A stretch of DNA of 36,889 bases from Octopus bimaculoides. Lineage: Eukaryota. Below the pieces are notes generated by a model, which worked only from the letters and a program-made list of their open reading frames with translations, was not told the origin of the DNA and ran no database searches. Where the stretch lies: the NCBI RefSeq assembly GCF_001194135.2, contig NC_068993.1, positions 13,489,502 through 13,526,390 on the forward strand, written 5' to 3'. Shown here piece after piece: positions 1 through 12,069 of the stretch. Positions within the stretch are counted from its first letter, which is position 1; each line of letters opens with the position of its first letter. A program made the position numbers and the translations under genes.

Positions 1-60
<60 letters not shown>

Positions 61-62
61 GA
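1..62. repeat. (TA)n microsatellite, directly followed by the 3' half of a family B SINE
   Basis: Direct reading of the sequence. Confidence 0.95.
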
Positions 63-84
63 TAGATGGATGGATGGATATTTA

Positions 85-305
85 TGTGTGTGTCTTTGTG
101 ATTGTGTTTGTTTCTACTAAGCCCCCCCCACCAATGCTTGACAACTGATGCTGCTTTACGTCCCCGTAACTTAACGGCTCGGAAAAAATACCGATAGAAT
201 AATTACCAGGCTTACAAAGAATTAGTCCCGGGTCGATTTCTTCGACCAAAGGGCGGTGCTCCAGCATGGCTGCAGTCAAATGACTGAAACAAGTAGAAGA
301 ATAAA
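85..305 (+). mobile_element. SINE family B, 3' half
   Basis: cttgacaac..tttacgtccccgtaactta..gatagaataa..ggtcgatt..gcggtgctccagcatggc..gtcaaatgactgaaacaag is shared with copies at 6386-6790, 21236-21605 and 33085-33240. Confidence 0.85.
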
Positions 306-307
306 AG

Positions 308-327
308 CATACACACACACACGTATA

Positions 328-362
<35 letters not shown>
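308..362. repeat. (CA)n/(TG)n microsatellite
   Basis: Direct reading. Confidence 0.9.
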
Positions 363-364
<2 letters not shown>

Positions 365-1283
365 AGAAACACATACAAAACAGAGAGAGGAAACCATGGA
401 TATGGTTTTATCTGTTGTCATAACCTAACATAGTATTCTACACTTGTTACTACACGTGCCAGTACAATAGCTACAGCTTGTCCGATGCTGCTAGAGGTGC
501 TTTCTTCTGAAGCTAATAGTCCAACCTCTCCTCCTCACCCTCCTACTCCATGTATCATTTTAATGATTTATTGTATCCCGTATTCTGTGTCGGCGATGAA
601 TTTAATGTAAAACAAATAAATATATTACCGAAGACGTATCATATCACCAACCCCCCAACTCCATTTCCATAATCACCACCTACCATCTCTTGTGCCCCCT
701 CATTCCCCTTCTTCCCAATTGGCATTATTATTATCATCATCATTATCAACAACAACTAGAAAATACAACATCTGCTACAGTAATGGTTGCCACTTTAGAT
801 CCCATACGATTAACCACGTCATGTTGAAATGTACTCTACTAGACGAATGTATAGTATATCTGGGGTTATTGATCTCTGGATTGTAACGAAGTCATATGTC
901 AGTCTACTTAGCATGCATGAGGGCTGAAAGTAGCTGTATGCAAAGAAATTCATTGTTACCACCAACAACACTCCCATAAACGTCATCATCATCATCATAA
1001 TGCTTTGCATTATCACTGCCGACAAAAACTCCATATGTCCATCATAATAATAATCGCTATAATCATCAGTAGGATCACCATGACCATCATCATTACCACT
1101 ACCCTATAGCTGCAGTTTAATAGCTATCCGGTTTTCACTTATTAACATCATCATCACTGACAATATATTATTAGTAGTTGCAGTAGTGCTATGATTATAA
1201 AAGTAATAGTCTGAGAGTGTGTGACTCAAAATGGTTTGCACTCTTTGCTCCTACTCTACTTTCCCTTTCGTCATCCTAGTATC

Positions 1284-1504
1284 TGAATATTAAATTCAAA
1301 TTTTGGCACAAGGTGAGCAATTTCGGGTGAGGAGGTAAGTTGGTTACATCGACTCCAGTGCTCACCTGGTACTTTTCCTATCATCATTTCAGGGCTGTTT
1401 ATCGATCCGGAGAAGACGATAGGCAAAGTTGACCTCGGTGGAATTTAAATTCAGGACCAAAAGATGGACGAAATACCGCTAACGGTTCTGCCACCTCGCC
1501 GCCT
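1284..1504 (-). mobile_element. SINE family C, degenerate copy
   Basis: Reverse complement matches 28842-29061 (ggcagaa.cgttag..gg.atttcgtc..ctga.ttcaaattcc.ccgaggtc.actttgcct). Confidence 0.8.
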
Positions 1505-1539
1505 AGGATTCTTGACTTCATGCGCTTGCTGGAGGTCAT

Positions 1540-1850
1540 TCCAACCTAGTGGCCCCAGAGGCGTCATCATGCTTAGAGCTGAATCATGACCACCAGTGCT
1601 CTCCATCGCTGGCAGCCACGTAGTAGCTCCTCTGCATCCTCCGAGGTGACATCGAGACCCCGGAGATTTTAGTCAGTCACGTACAGCCATTTGATGCGGG
1701 GCTTGTCACGAGGCCCCTTCCAGGCCGTAGCTGCTGCGTCGAATGAGAATGAACCTCTGGTAGGATGATCTAGCGGAGATGGAGGACATGCTCGTACCAG
1801 CATAGGGCCCTAAAAACCATCGAAAGCATCAGATAGTACCATCATGTTCT
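1540..1850 (-). mobile_element. Decayed 3' end of an RTE-clade LINE ORF
   Basis: Minus-strand frameshifted translation LCWYEHVLHL/PLDHPTRGSFSFDAAATAWKGPRDKPRIKWL...QRWRALV resembles the RTE C-terminal motif (WYGHVLRL..DHP.R......GWKRPRG.PR.RW...RWR); GC-rich island. Confidence 0.75.
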
Positions 1851-2046
1851 CAACAAAGAACTGCATGCGTGCACACATTATCACCCTTAAAAAAAAAACA
1901 CCAGTATATTAACAGGATTATTACAATTGACTCCCCCCCCACTTAAATTTGTGGCCAAGTCTAGGTTAAAAATGATTATTATTCATATTATAGTAGCAGT
2001 GGGCAGTAGATTAGTAAAATCAGTAGCGCGGGTGTGAAAATACTGT

Positions 2047-2190
2047 GCGATATTTGCAACGGTCCTTCGGTTCGTTACGTTCTTAGTTGAAGTCTAACTA
2101 GTGTCAACCAACTTACCCTTTCATCCTTCCAGGGTCGAAATAATAAAAGTACCATTGAAGCATTGAGTATTGACTTCCATGTAATCGTCT
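2047..2190 (+). mobile_element. SINE family C, highly degenerate fragment
   Basis: gttacgttct.agtt..cctttcatcctt.cagggtcga..aataa..agtacc motifs shared with 28842-29061. Confidence 0.6.
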
Positions 2191-2967
2191 TAGTAAATCT
2201 CAGGTTGTGTGCCTATGTTACAAACGATTATTAATCGTAGCGACAATAGTGGTGATGGTCATAGAGCTACGCTTTGTGTTTGTTGTCACCGAAAATTCTT
2301 GTAGTATGAGCAGTCTGCAGCATGCATACAATGTGATTGCCAAAATATAATAACAAAATATTAGTTGAATGTGCAACAGCTTTAACACCACCAAAGGCAA
2401 CACTAATCACCACCACCAACAACAACATCAATACTAACAACACATACAACCAAATGGGACAAATGGTAATGCTAAATCAATAGTGTGTATGATTTATTGG
2501 TGCCTATAACTTTATCTGTGATTATATGGTTAGAATTCCTCCATAAATTATAGATCCTATCTCCAAAACAGTTCACTCCTTGGAAACACTGCAAAGACTG
2601 GCATAAGTTCAAATTGTCCATTAAATATTGCTGTAGTATTTATTAAGAGGGCGGCTGGTTTATACAACAACAACAATTACAAAAACAAATGCTACAAAAA
2701 CTGATAACCTTAATAATGTTATTTCTGTTGTTGTTGGTATTTTTGTTATTGTTGGTGGTGGTAGTGGGGTTGGGGTTCGTCCTTGATGTTGATTTTAATG
2801 TTGATGTTATAGCTGTTGCTGTTGCATTTTGCTTTTCTTTATTTTTGTTTAGTTATTTTGCAAACGTCTATGTTAAGTGCTTTTTTTGTTTTTGTTCCAT
2901 CTGTTGGTTCCGATAAAAATAATAATTATTTAAAATTTCGGTACGAGGATAGTAATTTTATAGAGAG

Positions 2968-3118
2968 TAGAGAAGTCGATTACATCAATCCCAGTGCTCA
3001 ACTGGCACTGATTTTCTCAATCCCGAAAGGATAAAAGACAAAGTTGACCTCGACGGAATTTGAGGTCGCGACGCAAAGAGTCGGAAGAAATACCGCTAAG
3101 CATTTTGTCTGACGCATC
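2968..3118 (-). mobile_element. SINE family C fragment
   Basis: Reverse complement matches the family C head and body (aatgcttagcggtatttc..ccgtcgaggtcaactttg.cttt.atcctttcggg). Confidence 0.8.
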
Positions 3119-3876
3119 GGTCAGTTTAACGCCTTAATAATAAAAATAAAAATGATGGTAATGATCAATGCATTGAGGATGATTTATTTGCTATTAGGGC
3201 GATGGATGTGGAAAGGACTATTACGAAGACATAAAACTTGGTGATTTCCATAAAAAAGTATCAAATGGAGAAAAACATGTAATACTCTAATAAATATATA
3301 ATTTAATAAATAATGAAAGGTGCATGAAGAGGATATAATGGAGAGCACCTGATAACTTCACAGTGAGGCTTCTGTCAAGCCCTTTGCTTCACCCAGGACT
3401 ACAAGTGCAGGGAGATGAGCTGCATTAAGACGTGCCACACCAATGGTAACAACACGAGCTCTCCGTAAAGAAATCTCTTCTCCTGGTGCCGCCGCAGTAT
3501 GGATCTGTGCCGGGGAATGCCGAACACAATGCGGATGGTGGTGGCAGCAGATAGAACGCCAGACCAGTGGGAAAGCAGTCCATTCGCAAGGCAGAATAGT
3601 AGACGCTTCAGTGTGATATTCTCGTAACCAGGGAAAGGCATGTCTGTCAAGTTCCAACAACAACACAGGGGATTGAGTTATCTGTCACCACTGCCCGTCC
3701 TATGAAACACTTGTTAGATCATTTTTGTAAGTGACACGATAATGAGCTAAAAGTTTTAACACAGTGCAGTTAGAGACGTAAGTAAACAAGAGCAAATAAG
3801 TATAGTACTAGCCATTCTGGATGTTTCATCTTCTTACTGCTACGTACCTCTGTGTGTGTGTGTGTATATATATATA

Positions 3877-3886
3877 NNNNNNNNNN
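3877..3886. other. Assembly gap inside a (TA)n tract
   Basis: 10 N. Confidence 0.99.
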
Positions 3887-3924
<38 letters not shown>

Positions 3925-4170
3925 TAGATAGATACACACATACACACACAAGTATGTATATAAATGTATATATTTTTATACAGATGCATATGAATATATA
4001 TTACTTTTGATTCTAGTTTCGTCTTCCCCTCCACTTCTATTTCTACGCCTATTCGTTCACCATTGCCTATTCCTCCAACATACTATCGATACAAGCAAGC
4101 AACAGATCAGCTCAGACAGATTTGTGCATAAGAAGAAAAAAAGTAAAAGAAATTAAGCAGCATATAATCA

Positions 4171-4189
4171 TCATGCATCATCATCATCG

Positions 4190-4223
<34 letters not shown>

Positions 4224-4570
4224 GTCCACTGCCACCGATACTCAACGTCTCTCCTACAACCACCACTTTAACTCTTTCAGTGCAATGGCCGATAAAATTA
4301 ATCTCGGAGACAACACCAAAGAGATAAAACTGATCGAATGTAATATAGAGAAAAAGAAAAAAAACTTTGGAAGAAAATAAATTAAACGTCACAATAAAAC
4401 AACTACTTCAACTACGGTAACTACTTCTGATGATGATGATGATGATGATGGTTACAATGTGATTAATAATGATATAAAAAAATGTACATTAATCATATTC
4501 ATGATGATGGTGAAAATCATAATGTTGGTGATGTAACGATGGCTATGATGATGATAGGCACAATGATTAT
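4171..4570. repeat. Low-complexity (ATC)n/(ATT)n/(GAT)n trinucleotide region
   Basis: Direct reading. Confidence 0.85.
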
Positions 4571-4931
4571 CTCTCTCTCTCCTTGTATGCACACACACAC
4601 ACACACTACTCCATTATTGAAAAACTATGGAGCCAACCAAGCAACTTCACTAAGATGAATATTAAAAGCATATATATCTTTCAGTGACCTTGGTTTGGTC
4701 TACTAAGGTCAGAGGTATAGCATGGCTTTTTATTCCCCGTTTGCTGCCATTGTTATAATGTACAGACATGATTGTCCCAATCGGACGTCATCCTGGCGGA
4801 TCTCACGCTTGATTCTAGCGAAATTACGTTTGAAGTAGTTTCTGTATGAGTTGCATCGATTGTATTTGTATGAGACTTATATGTGTATTGTAGAGCAGAT
4901 CATATATTTTTACAGTAGATTATTGATCCCC

Positions 4932-4934
<3 letters not shown>

Positions 4935-4998
<64 letters not shown>
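4935..4998. repeat. (TA)n microsatellite
   Basis: Direct reading. Confidence 0.95.
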
Positions 4999-5004
<6 letters not shown>

Positions 5005-5870
5005 AAGATACATACGTAAGTATTCGTTTTAAATGAAAAGAAAACAGATATACATATAGGAAAGAATAATAATGTTTCTATGAATACACTTGAGTTGTAT
5101 TCGATATTTTATACCATATGACTAGATTTTCTGATGTGATCTTGTTGATTTCTACTCTAAAATACACTACATAAAAAAAATAATAAAGAAGGTAAAAGAA
5201 ATAAGAAGGAAAATAAGATAGAAAAAAATTCACCTGAACAGACATATGTGAATGATGAACATAAGGATATTTTCTTTCTGGTGAGATTTAGATGTGGTTT
5301 TATATAATGTCCTACTTGAGTATTCCTTTTAGAAGACATAAGATTAGTGAGAAGAGGCGGCATTTCATTTCTAAAAAAATATGTTCCCAAAATACATTTA
5401 CATTTAAAATGTTAAACTTTTGTCATAATATTTTCTATATTATTTATGTGATCAAGTGTGTATATGCATGTGCGTGTATCTGGTGAGCGTCGGAGTGGGG
5501 GAAGAATTAATATGGCCGATGTCGAACAGAATAACAACGTGTTGTTTACTACTCGTTTACGTTGTACGTTTAAATCCTGCTCTGGTTGTCGTTGCTTTCC
5601 GTCTTTCTGGAGCCGATAACAAAATAAATAAAACAAAATATAATAAAATAAAATAACAGAAAATAAATAAAAGTACCAATCGATTACTAGAGTAAATTTA
5701 ATCGACTGTTTCCATAGCCTGCATTTGTGAATTAAAATAGATTTCAAATGGGTGGGGGAATGAAAACCGTTCGAGCGATCGACATACAGGTAACTTAACC
5801 ACATGTATTACAATTCCAGACTTTTATAACTATTTTGATCTCCGAATAAAACTTGTAAAATCCATGTCGG

Positions 5871-5913
<43 letters not shown>

Positions 5914-6305
5914 NNNNNNNNNNNNNNNNNNNNNNNNNNNNNNNNNNNNNNNNNNNNNNNNNNNNNNNNNNNNNNNNNNNNNNNNNNNNNNNNNNNNNNN
6001 NNNNNNNNNNNNNNNNNNNNNNNNNNNNNNNNNNNNNNNNNNNNNNNNNNNNNNNNNNNNNNNNNNNNNNNNNNNNNNNNNNNNNNNNNNNNNNNNNNNN
6101 NNNNNNNNNNNNNNNNNNNNNNNNNNNNNNNNNNNNNNNNNNNNNNNNNNNNNNNNNNNNNNNNNNNNNNNNNNNNNNNNNNNNNNNNNNNNNNNNNNNN
6201 NNNNNNNNNNNNNNNNNNNNNNNNNNNNNNNNNNNNNNNNNNNNNNNNNNNNNNNNNNNNNNNNNNNNNNNNNNNNNNNNNNNNNNNNNNNNNNNNNNNN
6301 NNNNN
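5914..6305. other. Assembly gap flanked by (TA)n
   Basis: N run. Confidence 0.99.
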
Positions 6306-6362
<57 letters not shown>

Positions 6363-6385
6363 CGGAGGTGTTATATATTTATAGG

Positions 6386-6790
6386 TGCAGGCGTGGCTGT
6401 GTGGAGAGAAACTTGGATCTCGATCACATGATTCCGGTTTCAGTCCCACTGCGTTGACACCTTCGGCAAGTGTGTTCTATTATTAGTCTCGAGTCGACCA
6501 AAGACTTGTGAATGGATCTGGTAGATGGAAACATAACGTAACCCATCGTATACACATGTGTGTATACATATGTTTGTGTGTGCGTCGTCTGTGTCTATTC
6601 GCCCCACCTCCGATTGACAACCGAAGTTGGTGTGTCTACGACCCCCGAAACTTAGCGATTCGGCAAAAGAAACCGACCGCATAAGTACGTGGCTTAACAA
6701 AAATTTATTTATTGGGGTTGATTCATTTGACTAAAAATCCTTCGAAGCGGTGCTCCATCATGGCCATGATTTAAAAACTATAAGGTAAAA
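6386..6790 (+). mobile_element. SINE family B, near full length, with tRNA-like head, a CORE-like cacctt.ggcaagtgt motif and an internal microsatellite
   Basis: Collinear with 21236-21605; head ggcgtggctgtgtgg..gtttcagtccc; A-rich tail. The CORE-type label is recalled, not searched. Confidence 0.85.
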
Positions 6791-7162
6791 AAATAAAAGT
6801 AAAAAGGGAATCTTTCATTGTGTGGTTTATTCCTTATCAGTGTTGTAAAAGACGCCATCGCTTTTGAGATTAGAACTGGTTGTGACGGTTAAGTATATAT
6901 GGAAAGAACAAAAGAGGAAAAAAAAATCTATTTGTGTTATTCTTTTTAGTTTCTAATGAGCACGTGGTCACTATGTTGTGTACATATTCGCGTGCACACA
7001 CTTTACAAAATAAGAGAAAAAAATACGTGCACACAGGGTTTCTAAGACAAAATCGAACTTTTCTTAATCGAATAAATTTCAACGATGGTTGACTCGCATG
7101 AATGTGCACACACTTTGCAAAGAAACAACATTTTTACACAATGAAAATTTTGCTCATTCTCA

Positions 7163-7552
7163 TTGTTGGCACTCCGTCGCTTACGACGTCGAGGGTTCCA
7201 GTTGATCCGATCAACGGAACAACCTGCTCGTGAAATTAACGTGCAAGTGTATGAGCACTCCACATACACGCATACCCTTAACGTAGTTCTCGGGGATGTT
7301 CAGCGTGACACAGTGTGACAAGGCTGACCCTTTGAATTACAGGCACAACAGAACAGGCACAACAGAAACAGGAAATAATAGTGAGAGAAAGTTGTGGTGG
7401 AATAGTATAGCAGGGTTCGCCACCATCCCCTGCCGGAGCCTCGTGGAGCTTTAGGTGTTTTCGCAAAATAAACACAACGCCCGTTCTGGGAATCGAAACC
7501 GCGATCTTATGACCGCGAATCCGCTGCCCTAACCACTAGGCCATTGCGCCTC
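7163..7552 (-). mobile_element. SINE family A, full length (~390 bp, tRNA-derived head)
   Basis: Reverse complement of 19352-19731 and 27345-27730; 9-bp target-site duplication ctcattctc at 7153-7161 and 7553-7561. Confidence 0.95.
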
Positions 7553-8134
7553 CTCATTCTCTTAGCAAGGAATTAAATGGAACATAAGTAGGGCATAAGT
7601 ATATTAATCGCGATCATCCCGTCCTATTATTATTACCTAAGACAACATTATCTGACGTGTCTATTCTTTATTTAAAATGACAGAGAGAGATATTTAAGGG
7701 AGCCATGGTTGTTTTCTCTAGCTGGTCGAGTGATGAAGTGTATGCTACATTGCTTGTTTGTAAAGCAGTATAGCAAACTGGTAAGATTAAAGATGTCAAT
7801 ATTTAATTAACGCGTAATTAATGCGCATTTAATCCAGATGATATTTAGTTAGTGTCATCTGTGTTTGCATAAAGCATTTGCTGCTCAGCTCCAGGATTTA
7901 CACGCTTCAAATTTAATTACTTCAAACTAACAACACACTTATGTAACGAAACGAAATTAGTATTTATTTTCATTACATATTTAAGGAAAATTGAAATGGT
8001 CACGTGATATATGGAACTATATCAGAGTGATATGGCTGTTAATTCTTTGGAATTTTGCTTAGAGCACATCAGTAGTGTCTTAAAATAATTGCGTATGGGA
8101 GCATGTAATTATTATTGGTGTTATCATAGGCACG

Positions 8135-8300
8135 GGTATAGGTAAGTAGTTAAATTCGCCTTGCAATCACGTGGTTTTAGGTTCTGTCCCATATCGCAAC
8201 ACCTGAGGATAGTGCCTTCTACTATAGTCTTAGTCTAAGCAAAAACTGGTAAATAAATTTGGTAGACGAAAACTGACGATTTCCATCGTAAATACACGTG
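8135..8300 (+). mobile_element. SINE family B, degenerate 5' part
   Basis: ccttctactatagtc..aatttggtagacgaaaactga motif. Confidence 0.7.
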
Positions 8301-8392
8301 TGATAAAATATGGGTGTTATGCATTCAATTTTATACGATTTTTATAGAAATCTGCTCAAAATTATCATTTTATTTTTTATCTGTTTTAACAG

Positions 8393-8542
8393 CTGCCGAA
8401 TCGAAACCATCACCTTGTCCACTGCCTGGAACTTACGCTTATAAAGATTTCACATCTCACTGTGTCGGAAGTCTCATAATTGGATGTCATAACGAAAACG
8501 AAATAGAAATCCAGGCTTCTTGCCCCTCAATGCACAAAGCAG
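8393..8542 (+). CDS. Internal coding exon (150 bp, phase 1-1) of a Cys-rich, probably extracellular repeat protein
   Basis: Acceptor ttttttatctgttttaacag at 8373-8392, donor g|gtaagt at 8543; open frame AESKPSPCPLPGTYAYKDFTSHCVGSLIIGCHNENEIEIQASCPSMHKA. The CPxxGxY...C..L.IGC...C pattern recalls invertebrate DUF7042/7043/7044-type repeat proteins (from memory; the family call is less certain than the exon call). Confidence 0.82.
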
Positions 8543-8754
8543 GTAAGTTACGAAAGAGACGAAAATGGATGAAAGACGAAGGAGGAAATATGTGTGTGTG
8601 TGTGTTGTTTGACAGAATATCTGATGTGTAACAGATATTGCAAATTACTTCAAAAGGAGGCTTATGAGTAGGAACAACCTAACGTATTTTGGATTGTTAC
8701 TGTATTTACTGGCTCTATTCTGTGCTATAAGCGTGGTCATTGAGCTTCCAGATA

Positions 8755-8993
8755 AATTGTGACATGAATGTTGAAATTTTATTGTCAGTTGGCATATATG
8801 ATTACAGTTGTAGCAGGAAATGACCCTCGAAGGTGATATTTAGTGGCTCTATCAAAACTAATCAATGTTATGGGCCTGGTAATTCAGTTTCTTGAGGAAT
8901 TGTGACGTGAATGTTGAAATTTTACTAACAGGAGATGACCCTTGAAGGTGATGATATGTAGCCTCGTGTAATTAATTTCAGTTCCTTCCAGGA
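8755..8993 (+). repeat. Degenerate tandem duplication (units ~8755-8898 and ~8899-8993)
   Basis: aattgtgacRtgaatgttgaaatttta, caggaRatgaccctYgaaggtgat and taatt(t)cagttYctt each occur twice in the same order. Confidence 0.8.
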
Positions 8994-11623
8994 CCGTTAT
9001 GCTTGTTCGGCATACGATATGCTTAGAGAGACAGGTTCCTTACAGGAAAAAATGTGGATGGATTTTGATACTTACAAGTTGTCTGTTAGGGTCAAAGATG
9101 AATGTGCAAACAAACACACACACATATAGTTATACAATGCTAAAAAGTGATATAAGTCTTGATGCTAAAATGTATATTATACACTCTATAAAGCTGAAGC
9201 GTTTGTCAAGTCAAATATATGTGTTTAATGTGTGACTTTTTGTATGAGTGAGCAAAATCACGTGGAATTGTTTTGGCTATGTCACAAAAGTTAATATATT
9301 CCTCTGCACGTTTCCTTACATTTTCATATGAAAAACAAAACGCAAAAAAGCAAAAGGAAAATATTAAAATTTATTTCGTTATTTTTCGCAGTAAATATCG
9401 TTGGATAATCTGAAGTCGATTCTCAATCGATTTAGATATATATTTATTCTCATATCGCTTTTTCTGTATTTTTTTTTAATATGTACATATATTTATTTTT
9501 TATTTTTCCTTTTGATAACTTAGATACATTTCTTTTCAATGCTGTCCCTTCCAGCGTTTCTATACATTTTTTTTTATCTGAGATTTTTTATACATCAATT
9601 CAGCACATGTTAGCTTGCTCTTTCCTAACACTAACATATATGCATTGGTAACATACACACATGTAATAACACTATGTAAAATCGACTCATACGCGGATAA
9701 TACTCTATATACACACTTCATATGTGTGAGAATATATATATAGTTGTGTGTGCATACATTTATCAAATAGCATAGAATACTATTCCATAATCAGCTGTCA
9801 GTGAAGATCAGGATGATAATTATATGCTCTCATATATAAGCATACATACATAAATGTTCCAGCAAATACGCTTTTATTCTCTCCGTCATACACGCATGTG
9901 GAACACGCAGGTACAAAACACATGTGTGCAGTCATAGATGTATGCAAGCACATACATATAATGCACTGTCATAAACGCATACAATTTGTGAACGTGAGAA
10001 AGTCTATGAATGTTGAAGATGTCAATGAAAGTACTTCAAATTTCGTATCTAAGATATACGGAATCAGAGAATGTATCTATAGAAATTTCACTTAGACATT
10101 TCATAAAACAAGTAACACATACATAAACACACACACACATTTATATATATATATATATATATATATACATACACACGCATGTTCAAATATCGTTATGTCG
10201 ACAGATATATTTTCACTCACATTCACATACAGGCATACACATGCACACACACACACATATATATGTGTAGCAGAAAAACACATATCACTGTTCGCTAATG
10301 TTAGAGGATCTACATTTAGAAACAAAATTGCCAGGTGTGTAATGAACCACACAGCCATCGTCTTATATGTAGTGAATGCACAAATGCAGCAGGCACACAT
10401 GCCTCTGGGCAATAGCAGAGTTCAGCATTAACACAGGTTAGTAATGAAACGTCTGCTTTCATAGAGGTGCGAGAAATTACATTTGACATTCTATCTTTAA
10501 AGGAGATAATTATCTTTGCTGTATTCAGAAAAATCAGAGATGTATCCATGACCATTGGTACAGATTCATACAAATTGATTCAATAAACAGTGGACGAGTG
10601 CTACGATCTATTTGTCTGTCTGCACTTTAATATATTTATATAGCAACACTAGAAATAGATAGCTTGCAAATGATACGGTAATGCACCTTTTCCTGTGCAG
10701 TGCACCTTACCAGAGATCTCAATAAAAATGTAAATGAAGTCATCTTGCGAGTGATAATACCAATAAATATGATTTCTTAAGCGAGAGTACATTCACACAC
10801 GCATACAAACACACACACACGTGAGAGAGAGAGAGATAGAGAGAGAGAGAGGGAGAAAGAAAATACTTATTTTCAATTTGCCTTTTCATTTTAAACATCA
10901 TTATTTCTCATATAATTTCATAATATTTATAATTTCTGGAATTATCTTTAAAGTTGCATAGATGGATCGTATTTACAAATTAGATGTAATATAGCTCTAT
11001 TTTCTTAAATTCATCATTATTCCGTGCCTGCCCACAAACGATTAATATTTTGTGCAACATGCTATGCGTACAGAATATTACAGCAAGTTCTCTTCACAAT
11101 TGTCAACTTTAAGCCATTGCTAACTACTCCTAGATTTATCTCGAACAATATACCAGCAGGGAGCATTGAATTGCGGTTAGAGACAATAGCCTTCCTCATT
11201 GACATCATGAGAAACAGGATGATTCCCCTAGTAATCAGAAAAGATTTAGCTATATATGAAACTCCCATACTATATATGAAATTCCCATACACTTGGGTTG
11301 AGGAGACTGACTTAACACGGTTCCCCTTAAAACTGTCAGTCTCATGCCAAAATTACAAAGAAAATGTTAATTATTTCAGTAATATGAGGGATGATTCTGC
11401 TGAGGTTATGATAAGGAAAAGTATAGACTTCCCAACATTAGAAATAGAGAAAAAATAATTAGGAAGTAAACATCAAAGATTGTATATACTTTGCCAGGTA
11501 TTTAGACATTTATTAAAAAATACACGTTATAACTACGGAGCTCCTCAACACTAAAATAGACAAACACGAACAAATTACATCTTGAGTTACATGAGTTAAA
11601 TGTTACACATTTGCTAATAATAC

Positions 11624-11635
11624 TCAATTAAATAT

Positions 11636-11666
<31 letters not shown>

Positions 11667-11986
11667 AATATATATATNNNNNNNNNNNNNNNNNNNNNNN
11701 NNNNNNNNNNNNNNNNNNNNNNNNNNNNNNNNNNNNNNNNNNNNNNNNNNNNNNNNNNNNNNNNNNNNNNNNNNNNNTAATATATATCATATATATGTGT
11801 ATACATAATATATATCATATATATATAATATATATATATATATATGTATATATAATATATATCATATATATATGTATATATAATATATATCATATATATA
11901 TGTATATATAATATATATCATATATATATATGTGTATATATCATATATATCATATATATATGTGTATATATAATATATATCATATA

Positions 11987-12026
<40 letters not shown>

Positions 12027-12034
12027 ATATATAT

Positions 12035-12069
<35 letters not shown>

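Noticed and set aside
4686-4716. Possible 30-bp phase 1-1 micro-exon (VTLVWSTKVR) after tctttcag
   Set aside because: Weak donor (gtatag) and too short to distinguish from chance.
5808-6449. Long ORFs spanning N runs (also 17062-17958, 29106-29684, 31438-32668)
   Set aside because: Open only because N codons are not stops; assembly-gap artefacts.
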